Part shown: positions 7,015 to 14,077 of the stretch, one piece after another
Layout: every line of letters starts with the position of its first letter
How positions within the stretch are numbered: the first letter of the stretch is position 1
From: Candidatus Thorarchaeota archaeon
GTDB lineage: Archaea; Asgardarchaeota; Thorarchaeia; Thorarchaeales; Thorarchaeaceae
Direction of reading: 5' to 3'
Assembly: GCA_003345555.1 (NCBI GenBank)
Contig: PRDJ01000063.1
Span: 967 to 24,966 of the forward strand
Length of the DNA stretch: 24,000 bases
Program-made: the position numbers and the translations under genes
Notes under the pieces: model-generated
The model's input: only the letters and a program-made list of their open reading frames with translations
Databases searched by the model: none
What the model was told of the DNA's origin: nothing

Positions 7015-8932
7015 GCTGGAGTCTCAAGAGCATTACAGGGCAATTGAATTGAAAATTGGCCTCGAGCTGCATCAGCAACTCGATAGTAGCCGGAAGCTGT
7101 TCTGCCACTGTGCTCCGGTCGTTCGAGAAGATGAGCCAGATGGACGTTTCATCAGACGTCTCAGACCGACAACGAGTGAAATGGGCCAGGTTGATCCTGC
7201 AGCATTGTTTGAATTCCAGAAGCAGAAGAGCTTCTATTACGAGTATTACGACGACACTACCTGCCTCGTTGAAGCCGACGAGGAGCCTCCTCATGACCTC
7301 AACCCTGAGGCTATTGACATATGTTTGACAATCGCTGCTATTCTCAAATCGACTCCAGTCCACGAAATCCACGCTATGAGAAAGATTGTGATAGATGGTA
7401 GCAATACGGCCGGCTTTCAGCGGACTGCCATAGTCGCGAATGGTGGCAGCATTCAGGTGGGAGGAAAGACAGTCGGCATCCAGATGATTGGTCTTGAAGA
7501 GGATGCCGCGAGGAAGATTGCTGATGACGATGAAAAGAACGCCAGAATATACCGTCTTGATCGACTTGGTATTCCCCTAGTTGAAATCGCGACGGCTCCT
7601 GACATTAGCTCACCGAAAGAAGCTCAGGAGGTTGCTCAAGCCATCGGCTTGCTCCTCCGGTCCACTGGTAGGGTGAAGCGCGGTCTGGGCACAATCAGGC
7701 AAGATGTCAACATATCAATTGAAGGCGGACGAGTTGTCGAAATCAAGGGGTTCCAGCAGCTTGACCTGATCAGCAGGCTTGTCGAGCTTGAGGTCCAGAG
7801 ACAAGAAGGTCTCACGGGAATACGTGACGTGCTTCTGCAAAGAGGTGTCACCCCAAACATGTTTCAACAGACACCTCAGGACATCACCGTACTCCTTGCG
7901 AATTCCGGATCCAAGCTCATTAGAGGTGCGCTCGAATCCGGCGGTGTGGTTCTTGGAGTGAAGCTTCCCGGATTTGCTGGCTTGGTTGGACAGGAATTGC
8001 AGCCAGGGCGAAGACTTGGCACCGAGCTGTCGGACTACGCGAAATTCTGGGGCGGAGTTGGAGGTATTTTCCACACAGATGAGCTGCCCAAGTACGGAAT
8101 CACATCTTCCGATGTTGCGAAGATGCGGGAATCTCTGAATGCCGATGACATGGACGCAGTGGTCATAGTCGCTGCTTCGAAGAGGAACTGCGAAGATGCT
8201 CTCCACGCTGTTCTGGATAGGGCTCGTGCCGCATTAGAGGGAGTGATTTCCGAGACACGAACACCCCTACCGGATGCGTCGTCAAAGTACGCTCGGCCCC
8301 GGCCTGGCGCACAAAGGATGTATCCCGAGACCGATGTGCGGCCCGTTAAGGTCACTGTAGCACATCTCAAGACAATCGCCCGAAACATGCCCGAGACCTT
8401 GGAGAGCAAAGAAGAACGATTCGTGAAGGAGTATTCTCTTAGTAGAGAGATGGCATCACAAGTGACCCGGTCTTTGAATCTCGACCTCTTCGAGAAGATT
8501 GTCAAGGTCTCTTCTGTTGCTCCTAAGCTGGTTGCTACAACGTTAGAGAACACAATGGTGCGTCTTCAGAGGGACGGAGTCGCTGTTGATAGCCTAGATG
8601 AAAGGCATCTGCTGTCGGTCTTCCAAGCGGTATCAGAGGGCAAGTTAACACCCGAAGGAATCCCTACACTGCTAACGGGACTCGCCAGTAATCCCAATCG
8701 TGAAGTAGAGGAGCTGCTTGCAGCCACTCGAACTGGTACGATGAGTCACGACGAGGCGCAATCGATCATCCACCGCATAGTGGACGACCGTCGCGATTTC
8801 ATACGGGAACATGGTGAGGACTCAATTAGCGGTCTCATGGGTATTGCAATGAAGGAAATCCGAGGGCGTCTTGACGGAAAGGCGGTCAAAGAGCTACTTT
8901 CTGCCGAGGTCAAGCAAGTCCTCAAGGAGTAG
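6950..8932 (+). CDS. gatE: Glu-tRNA(Gln) amidotransferase subunit E
   Basis: ELKIGLELHQQLDSSRKLFCHC is the GatE/GatB-type N-terminus, and a GatB/YqeY-like tail is present at the C-terminus. The real start is uncertain. ATG 6950 overlaps gatD by 65 nt, and the better-placed ATG 7011 is out of frame (see finding). Confidence 0.9.
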   Translation: MLERLEPGPSYPQGLAVRRANELESQEHYRAIELKIGLELHQQLDSSRKLFCHCAPVVREDEPDGRFIRRLRPTTSEMGQVDPAALFEFQKQKSFYYEYYDDTTCLVEADEEPPHDLNPEAIDICLTIAAILKSTPVHEIHAMRKIVIDGSNTAGFQRTAIVANGGSIQVGGKTVGIQMIGLEEDAARKIADDDEKNARIYRLDRLGIPLVEIATAPDISSPKEAQEVAQAIGLLLRSTGRVKRGLGTIRQDVNISIEGGRVVEIKGFQQLDLISRLVELEVQRQEGLTGIRDVLLQRGVTPNMFQQTPQDITVLLANSGSKLIRGALESGGVVLGVKLPGFAGLVGQELQPGRRLGTELSDYAKFWGGVGGIFHTDELPKYGITSSDVAKMRESLNADDMDAVVIVAASKRNCEDALHAVLDRARAALEGVISETRTPLPDASSKYARPRPGAQRMYPETDVRPVKVTVAHLKTIARNMPETLESKEERFVKEYSLSREMASQVTRSLNLDLFEKIVKVSSVAPKLVATTLENTMVRLQRDGVAVDSLDERHLLSVFQAVSEGKLTPEGIPTLLTGLASNPNREVEELLAATRTGTMSHDEAQSIIHRIVDDRRDFIREHGEDSISGLMGIAMKEIRGRLDGKAVKELLSAEVKQVLKE

Positions 8933-9097
8933 GCGTCGTTTACTGACAAGGATCGGCGACACGATTCCTCACCTACTCACTCGTGCACGTGCTTAGAAGA
9001 ACCCAGAGTCATTCATATTATCGCAGACTCCTGTCCTTCCAGCTAGATTTAATAATGAATCACAGATGCTTGCCGAGCCAACCAAGCGAAAAGCCAT

Positions 9098-9237
9098 GCC
9101 GCAGTGGCCTAGTTGGCTAGGGCGCGAGACTCATAATCTCCTCGAACTCGTCGGGGTACACATGGGGTCACAAGGTCTCGACCCAAACCAGATAAGCGAT
9201 CTCGAAGTCGGGGGCTCGAATCCCCCCTGCGGCACCA
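9098..9237 (+). tRNA. tRNA(CAU), elongator Met or Ile2, with a 63-nt canonical intron (about 9136-9198) and encoded CCA
   Basis: The acceptor stem is GCCGCAG/CTGCGGC with A73 and CCA. The D-arm is GCCT-AGTTGGCTA-GGGC. The anticodon stem is CGAGA/TCTCG with loop CTCATA|intron|A (anticodon 9132-9134). The variable loop is AAGTC and the T-arm is GGGGG-CTCGAAT-CCCCC. It is not an initiator, because it has G1-C72 and lacks the GGG/CCC anticodon stem. Confidence 0.85.
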
Positions 9238-9354
9238 TCCCATTGCTGCTCCAAGGGGTCGGGAACTCGGGGACCCCGCAGCCCAACTAGACTCTCCGTT
9301 CTTATGGCAATGCCTATATTCCAATAAACTGACACGGTTCTCGGGAAAACAGAA

Positions 9355-10563
9355 TTGTCATTGCCGTTTAAGACGCTTAATGATGTACAGTATGCAGGAA
9401 AGCGGGTGCTTGTGCGCGCCGACCTCAATTCCTCGTTGGACCCTAAGACGAAAGCAATCCTCGACGATTCGAGAATAATCGCCTCTCTTACCACGCTGAA
9501 AGAGCTGGCCAAGAGCAAGGTCGTCGTCATGGCACATCAAGGTCGACCTGGTGATGAGGACTTCACTTCATTGGAGAAGCATACAGAGGTTCTGAAGAAG
9601 AATGGAATCAAAGCAAGCTTCGTCAATGACATCTTTGGTCAGAAGGCAAAGGATGCAATCAAGCAGGTGAAGGTCGGTGAAGTGCTTGTTCTGCAGAATA
9701 CACGATACTTCGAAGGTGAGATGAAGACAGGTACTCCTGAGGAAATGGCAAAGGAACCCATTGTGCAAGAGCTTTACCCTCTGTTCGACCTCTTTGTCAA
9801 TGATGCCTTTGGTGCGGCACACAGGGCTCAACCATCGATAGTTGGCTTCACTACAGTTCTCCCTTCAGTCGCAGGACGACTCGTGGAGAAGGAGATACGC
9901 ACCCTGACCGCCGCCACTGCAACAGGCAAACATCCGTGGACTCTAGTGCTCGGCGGGGCGAAAGTAGAGGACAAGGTTCAGACACTCCAAAAGCTACTTG
10001 CTACTGGTCGAGTAGACAATGCACTTCTGGGTGGTCTCGTAGGGACGTTGTTCCTTGTTGCGCAGGGATCCATCCCAAAGGAATACGCTAGCTCAATCAA
10101 GGGCTATGAGTCGTCGCTGACTATCGCCAAACAGCTACTTGACAAGTATCCCAAGGTCATAGGTCTGCCAGTTGACGCCGCTGTTGAGAAGGACGGGAAG
10201 CGTGTTGAGTGCAAACTCGATCAGACGAAAGGAGCCCCTCTCCTAGACATTGGACCCTTGACAACGGACAAGTTTGCCAAGACCATTACCCAGTCAGCTG
10301 TGGTGTTTGCCAACGGGCCCATGGGTTACTTCGAGAAAGCACCTTTCGCAGTCGGAACTGAGAAGGTACTCGACGCAATTGTCAAATGCAAAGGTGTCAC
10401 GATAGTTGGCGGAGGGCACGTGGGCGCCGTTGCTCAGATGAAGGGCGTAGCAGGCAAAGTCACCCACATAAGCACCGGCGGTGGTGCAACCATCAATTTT
10501 CTAACAGGCAAGAAACTTGAGCTCGTTGCTGCACTTGAGGCCGCGGCAAAAAGGATGAAATAG
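9355..10563 (+). CDS. pgk: phosphoglycerate kinase
   Basis: A 402-aa ORF with a TTG start. RVLVRADLNS, AHQGRPG, NDAFGAAHR and STGGGA are all typical PGK motifs. Confidence 0.9.
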   Translation: MSLPFKTLNDVQYAGKRVLVRADLNSSLDPKTKAILDDSRIIASLTTLKELAKSKVVVMAHQGRPGDEDFTSLEKHTEVLKKNGIKASFVNDIFGQKAKDAIKQVKVGEVLVLQNTRYFEGEMKTGTPEEMAKEPIVQELYPLFDLFVNDAFGAAHRAQPSIVGFTTVLPSVAGRLVEKEIRTLTAATATGKHPWTLVLGGAKVEDKVQTLQKLLATGRVDNALLGGLVGTLFLVAQGSIPKEYASSIKGYESSLTIAKQLLDKYPKVIGLPVDAAVEKDGKRVECKLDQTKGAPLLDIGPLTTDKFAKTITQSAVVFANGPMGYFEKAPFAVGTEKVLDAIVKCKGVTIVGGGHVGAVAQMKGVAGKVTHISTGGGATINFLTGKKLELVAALEAAAKRMK

Positions 10564-10616
10564 TCACTTCAGCGCGGACGGGATGGGTCGACGCTATTCT
10601 TCCCTCCGGCCTCGCG

Positions 10617-10622
10617 TTTTTT
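10617..10622 (+). terminator. oligo-T run (T6) about 55 nt downstream of pgk
   Basis: The sequence GCGTTTTTTCT follows the pgk stop. Archaeal termination typically uses oligo-T tracts. On the opposite strand, CTTTTTCTT (10659-10667) immediately follows the CCA of tRNA-Thr. Confidence 0.4.
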
Positions 10623-10668
10623 CTGGGAATGACACCTCTAGCGAGTTTGGCTCGTGCGCAAGAAAAAG

Positions 10669-10780
10669 TGGAGCCTCGGGCGAGTCTTGAACTCGCGACC
10701 TTCCGCTTTTCCGGCCTGCAGGCTGCGCTCCTGCTGCAAAGCTTACAAGGCGGATGCTATAACCCCTAAGCCACCGAGGC
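10669..10780 (-). tRNA. tRNA-Thr(UGU) with a 36-nt canonical intron (about 10708-10743) and encoded CCA
   Basis: Read on the reverse complement, the acceptor stem is GCCTCGG/CCGAGGC with U73 and CCA. The D-arm is GCTT-AGGGGTTA-TAGC. The anticodon stem is TCCGC/GCGGA with loop CTTGTA|intron|A (anticodon = plus 10745-10747). The variable loop is AGGTC and the T-arm is GCGAG-TTCAAGA-CTCGC. Confidence 0.9.
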
Positions 10781-10810
10781 CTGACTTGGCTGAAAACCAA
10801 CCCAGTTCTC

Positions 10811-10817
10811 TAATAAA
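10811..10817 (-). promoter_or_regulatory. TATA-like box (TTTATTA on the minus strand) for tRNA-Thr
   Basis: Its centre is about 34 nt upstream of the tRNA 5' end (10780), which implies a leader of about 7 nt. Confidence 0.4.
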
Positions 10818-10935
10818 GGTTTATCATGATTGCAGCAATAACCACAGGCTTCGTCAGTGAGAACGTATGAAATCCATGTCCATCTGTTTCCCTTGCAGAG
10901 TCCGTCTCGCTCCGCTTCAGTGTGTCGTCGCTGTT

Positions 10936-11478
10936 CTATACATTGAGACTAGCATCACTAACCACTATGGCATAAGCAAGAAGCAAGAGTCTGTCCATCT
11001 CAGGATCCTCAATGTCAATCACGTATGTTTCTACGAACCCTGGACCTAGATGAGACATTCGTTCCCAACAGCCCGCTTTCGTGATAGTCGCGCAGTCTCC
11101 GCCGCCCCTTCTTGGATTGCTTATTACGAACTCCCATCTGACTGCATTGCCTGTTGCCCTGAGCAATTCCTCGTTGTCAGTCGAATACATTCTCATGAAA
11201 TCTTTGAATCCGCCTGCTGTTCTCTTGGCTCTGCCTAGCTGCCTTCCAGCAGCATCCGTGACATCGTAAACAGGATTCAAACCCGTGGTCTTTCTGTGCA
11301 CTGCACACAGAACACTACTATCGGTATCAAGGACCTGAATCTCGGTTCGCATGAGCAGAAGCTTACGCTTCACGGAACCGACTGCTTCACCCGCCTCATT
11401 CTCTATGTCACCAGCTCCGACTTTCCACGCTTTCCCGCTCAGAATGTAGCGCATTATTGACGGGTCCAGCAATCTCAT
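10936..11478 (-). CDS. LURP-one-related / YxjI (DUF567, tubby C-terminal-like or scramblase-fold) family protein
   Basis: The pattern matches what I recall of B. subtilis YxjI. GNAVRWEFVI corresponds to GDFWDHDYSI, ATITKAG to ASISKKW, and ETYVIDIEDPEMDRLLLLAYAIVVSD to DTYVLDIADEQDELLALAVVLAIDCV. An alternative start exists at the MRYILSG Met. Confidence 0.7.
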   Translation of the reverse strand: MRLLDPSIMRYILSGKAWKVGAGDIENEAGEAVGSVKRKLLLMRTEIQVLDTDSSVLCAVHRKTTGLNPVYDVTDAAGRQLGRAKRTAGGFKDFMRMYSTDNEELLRATGNAVRWEFVISNPRRGGGDCATITKAGCWERMSHLGPGFVETYVIDIEDPEMDRLLLLAYAIVVSDASLNV

Positions 11479-11774
11479 GATGACATGCCTTCTGCGAGTC
11501 CTCTCTTTACAGCATTTAAGCCAATCTGGAGCAGAGCGTTGTCCTTGGGTCTCCTTGCATATACAGGGGGTCGTTTACCCGTCAATAATGGCAGTCTGCT
11601 CAATCACATCGAGGACATCTTTATGAGTCCTCACGTAGACATAGAGAATTGACACTGCTGCGCCAGAAAGGGGCAGCATCACGCGTGTGATACAAAGAAA
11701 CAATATTCAAGAGAAGACTAAAATATCACACAGAACACGGCTGCCTCGAACGGAGTGCCACAAGGTGATACCGG

Positions 11775-12689
11775 ATGCAGATTGATGAGATCTTTGACAA
11801 TCTACTAGCTGCCATGGGCATAGGCACAGGAGTATTCTTCATTATCTACACTGCAATCTTTGTCGGTATCATCCTGTTTCTAGTACATCGTATGCAAGCC
11901 GGCAGCAAAGGACTGCCGGAGGGCGTCACTAGGATAATCGCCTCCACAGGTGACGTGTCCGCAGGGATTGTAGGAGCCAAGAAGCTGAAATTCATCAAGA
12001 CGCCTTCTACAGCTCTGGTGTTTCTGAAAATCGAAGAGAATGCAATCCAACAGGCACTCTCTGCCGCCGATTACTTCGCTCAGCAAGGCGAGATTGATGA
12101 GTCAACAAAGAGCAAGATAGCTGAGGCATACCAAGCACGACTTGACGCTGTACGAACAGCCATTGCCAGAGACGAAGAGCTCAGAGAAGTGATGGCGACA
12201 TCCTCGGCTGTAGACAAGGCTCGTTCTGATTACCTAAGAAAGATGGCCGCTATGTCCGGGACGGCGGTCGAAGCGGAGACAGAGGCCGCAGGGCCGACAA
12301 GCGTGGGTATGCCTACTCCGGGTCGACCATCAGGCCTCAAGCCCGGGAAGGGTTTGACAGCTCCGCCTGCAGGAGGTCCACCATCGGGAGGTCCACCATC
12401 AGGAGGCCCACCTTCAGGAGGCCCGCCGTCAGGTGGTCCGCCACTGGGCGGCCCCTCCTCTGAAGCTGCACCCAGTGCCGGAGGTCCGCCAGTTGCAGTT
12501 CCGGACATTGGTGGTCCGCCTTCTGGCCTGCCAATGCCATCATCCAGCCCGCCCAGCGGCCCATCTCCAGCTGTTGGCCCTGCTCCTGCCGCGAGCAGTC
12601 GACCAACACCAGCGGGAGCTGCTAAGAGTTCCCTCCAGTCGGAAATGCTTGCTGAGATGGAACGGCTTAGGGCTCTCATGGGTGAGTAA
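11775..12689 (+). CDS. membrane-anchored coiled-coil protein with a Pro/Gly/Ser-rich tail containing (GGPPS)n repeats; function unknown
   Basis: It has an ATG start and an N-terminal TM helix (LLAAMGIGTGVFFIIYTAIFVGIILFLV). A helical, charged middle region follows, then about 130 aa of low-complexity Pro-rich sequence, then a terminal amphipathic helix SLQSEMLAEMERLRALMGE. The antisense ORF 12230-12769 is a mirror artefact of the repeat. Confidence 0.7.
   Translation: MQIDEIFDNLLAAMGIGTGVFFIIYTAIFVGIILFLVHRMQAGSKGLPEGVTRIIASTGDVSAGIVGAKKLKFIKTPSTALVFLKIEENAIQQALSAADYFAQQGEIDESTKSKIAEAYQARLDAVRTAIARDEELREVMATSSAVDKARSDYLRKMAAMSGTAVEAETEAAGPTSVGMPTPGRPSGLKPGKGLTAPPAGGPPSGGPPSGGPPSGGPPSGGPPLGGPSSEAAPSAGGPPVAVPDIGGPPSGLPMPSSSPPSGPSPAVGPAPAASSRPTPAGAAKSSLQSEMLAEMERLRALMGE
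12372..12461 (+). repeat. six tandem 15-bp units encoding GGPPS x4, then GGPPL and GGPSS
   Basis: The units are GGAGGTCCACCATCG, GGAGGTCCACCATCA, GGAGGCCCACCTTCA, GGAGGCCCGCCGTCA, GGTGGTCCGCCACTG and GGCGGCCCCTCCTCT. Differences are mostly synonymous, so the peptide repeat is conserved more than the DNA. Confidence 0.9.
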
Positions 12690-12871
12690 ATCATCAACTC
12701 TTCGTTCTGGATAGGCTTTCCGAGGGACAGGACGCTATCGAGTATCGATTTCTGCTCTTCGCGCGCCAAGAGACCGGAGTACTGTAGTTGCAGCTTTTCT
12801 AACGCCGGGGAAGAGGCATTCGAACAAAACCAGTCTTGCCCCGTTATTAGGTGGGCTGGCTACAGATTAGT

Positions 12872-13090
12872 ATGCATGCTGAGAGATGGCACGTAGTAGG
12901 CGGCCAGGTCTACAGGCTGGCCAACGTATTTGCGACTAGCCGGGAAGCGGTGATAGTGGCACGATTGCTGAGAAGCCGCCTTTACGTAGTCATATCTAGG
13001 GACGAAGATGGTTTCTGGGCCGTCTACTGGCGACCGAAGACCAATCCCGCAGAGTCGTCGACGGGATGTTGTGGAGTTACCAGAGCATAA
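12872..13090 (+). CDS. possible small protein (72 aa from ATG 12872; the ORF track starts at GTG 12851); unknown
   Basis: WHVVGGQVYRLANVFATSREAVIVARLLRSRLYVVISRDEDGFWAVYWRP looks like a beta-alpha-beta-beta mini-domain rather than random sequence. I recognise no family motif. It competes with an antisense ORF that looks like junk. Confidence 0.35.
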   Translation: MHAERWHVVGGQVYRLANVFATSREAVIVARLLRSRLYVVISRDEDGFWAVYWRPKTNPAESSTGCCGVTRA

Positions 13091-13188
13091 AGCATCTTGA
13101 CCCAATACAGAATCAGACTCTCTCGGAAGCCTTATTGAGCGGATGAACCGATACGATTTGTACAGCCTGTGGAGACGTCCGAAGGGAA

Positions 13189-13872
13189 TTGTCAGAGGCA
13201 AAGGCAAATGCGGCTAGGAGTGTACTGAAGCTACTCCCAAGGGAGGGTGCAATCGGGCTTGGAAGCGGCTCCACGGTAGCTCTCTTTGCAGAAGGGCTCG
13301 GCCGTCAAGTTTCTGAAGGCAAGACGAAAGTATCAGTTGTCCCGACTTCATATCAAGCCTATCGACTTGCAGTAGAGTACAAAATACCTCTGACCAATCT
13401 TGATCTTAATCCCGAGCTCTTGCTCACCGTGGATGGGGCCGACGAAGTCGACAGGCAGCTAAACCTCACAAAAGGCGGTGGAGGTGCGCTCCTTCGGGAG
13501 AAGGTGGTTGCTGCAGCTTCTCGAAAACTCGCAATAATCATTGACGAATCGAAACTAGTTGACAACCTCGGAATCAAGTTTCCGATTCCAATTGAGGTCT
13601 TGCCCTTTTCGCTCGGGTTTGTCAGAAGAAGAATAGACACGATGGGCATTGCTTCATCCATTCGTGAATCCCAAGGCAAGCTGGGTCCAGTCATCACGGA
13701 CAACGGCAATTTCATAATTGACCTCAAGTTCCCCAAACCCATTAGTGATCTAGCTGGTACGTCGACCGGTTTGAAGATGATTCCAGGCGTTGTGGAGACC
13801 GGTCTCTTCGTTGGCATGGCAAACGAAGTGCACGTTGGTACTGCGACCAAATCCTATGTGCTCAAGAAATAG
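13189..13872 (+). CDS. rpiA: ribose-5-phosphate isomerase A
   Basis: The RpiA signatures GLGSGSTV, DGADEVD and KGGGGALLREK are present. TTG start. Confidence 0.9.
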   Translation: MSEAKANAARSVLKLLPREGAIGLGSGSTVALFAEGLGRQVSEGKTKVSVVPTSYQAYRLAVEYKIPLTNLDLNPELLLTVDGADEVDRQLNLTKGGGGALLREKVVAAASRKLAIIIDESKLVDNLGIKFPIPIEVLPFSLGFVRRRIDTMGIASSIRESQGKLGPVITDNGNFIIDLKFPKPISDLAGTSTGLKMIPGVVETGLFVGMANEVHVGTATKSYVLKK

Positions 13873-13881
13873 CCAAGGGCA

Positions 13882-13992
13882 TGGCGGGCCCGGTGGGATT
13901 CGGACCCACGATCACCAACTTAGGAGGCTGGTGCTTTATAATCCTCTCACAAGAATACGCGTTCTCGCAAGTCCAGGCTAAGCCACGGGCCC
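13882..13992 (-). tRNA. tRNA-Arg(CCU) with a non-canonical intron of about 32 nt inside the D-loop (about plus 13941-13972) and encoded CCA
   Basis: Read on the reverse complement, the acceptor stem is GGGCCCG/CGGGCCC with G73 and CCA. The D-stem GCTT...AAGC is separated by 43 nt instead of 8-11. The anticodon arm is CCAGC-CTCCTAA-GTTGG (anticodon = plus 13922-13924). The variable loop is TGATC and the T-arm is GTGGG-TCCGAAT-CCCAC. The insert contains the hairpin GAGAA-CGCGTA-TTCTT. Confidence 0.8.
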
Positions 13993-14018
13993 AAAGCGAC
14001 TGAGTTTGTGGCAGGCTG

Positions 14019-14025
14019 TTAAAGC
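14019..14025 (-). promoter_or_regulatory. TATA-like element (GCTTTAA on the minus strand) for tRNA-Arg(CCU)
   Basis: Its centre is about 30 nt upstream of the tRNA 5' end (13992). Confidence 0.3.
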
Positions 14026-14077
14026 TTTTGAAGTTCCTCAACCTATTCTCGGCCAAAGAACTGGAGAGAATGAAGTT

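Noticed and set aside
9066-9530. ORFs 9066-9290(+), 9109-9324(-) and 9168-9530(-).
   Set aside because: They overlap tRNA(CAU) and its intron, or the pgk 5' end. They are low-complexity, show no motifs and are explained by the tRNA.
10594-10860. ORFs 10594-10800(-) and 10654-10860(+).
   Set aside because: Both are built on the tRNA-Thr gene and its intron and are artefacts.
11656-11691. A small hairpin (TGCTGC-N11-GCAGCA) and the palindrome CACGCGTG / ATCAC-GCGT-GTGAT in the 296-bp divergent spacer.
   Set aside because: The elements are short (6-8 bp) and expected by chance in 300 bp. There is no second copy in the window.
12372-12461. A tandem 15-bp repeat, considered as a possible CRISPR or minisatellite.
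   Set aside because: There are no spacers, the units are contiguous and in frame, and they encode GGPPS. It is a coding repeat.
12632-12689. The C-terminal helix SEMLAEMERLRALMGE as an ESCRT-III-type MIM1 motif.
   Set aside because: It matches only part of the (D/E)xxLxxRLxxL(K/R) consensus. R-L and the following L fit, but the other positions do not. It is not supportable as a MIM.
12230-12769. The 179-aa antisense ORF (GGPPDGGPPEGG...), plus 12337-12609(-) and 12433-12714(+).
   Set aside because: These are mirror-image or off-frame readings of the GC-rich Pro-codon repeat. The plus-strand ORF 11775-12689 is longer, has a TM anchor and has a coherent domain order.
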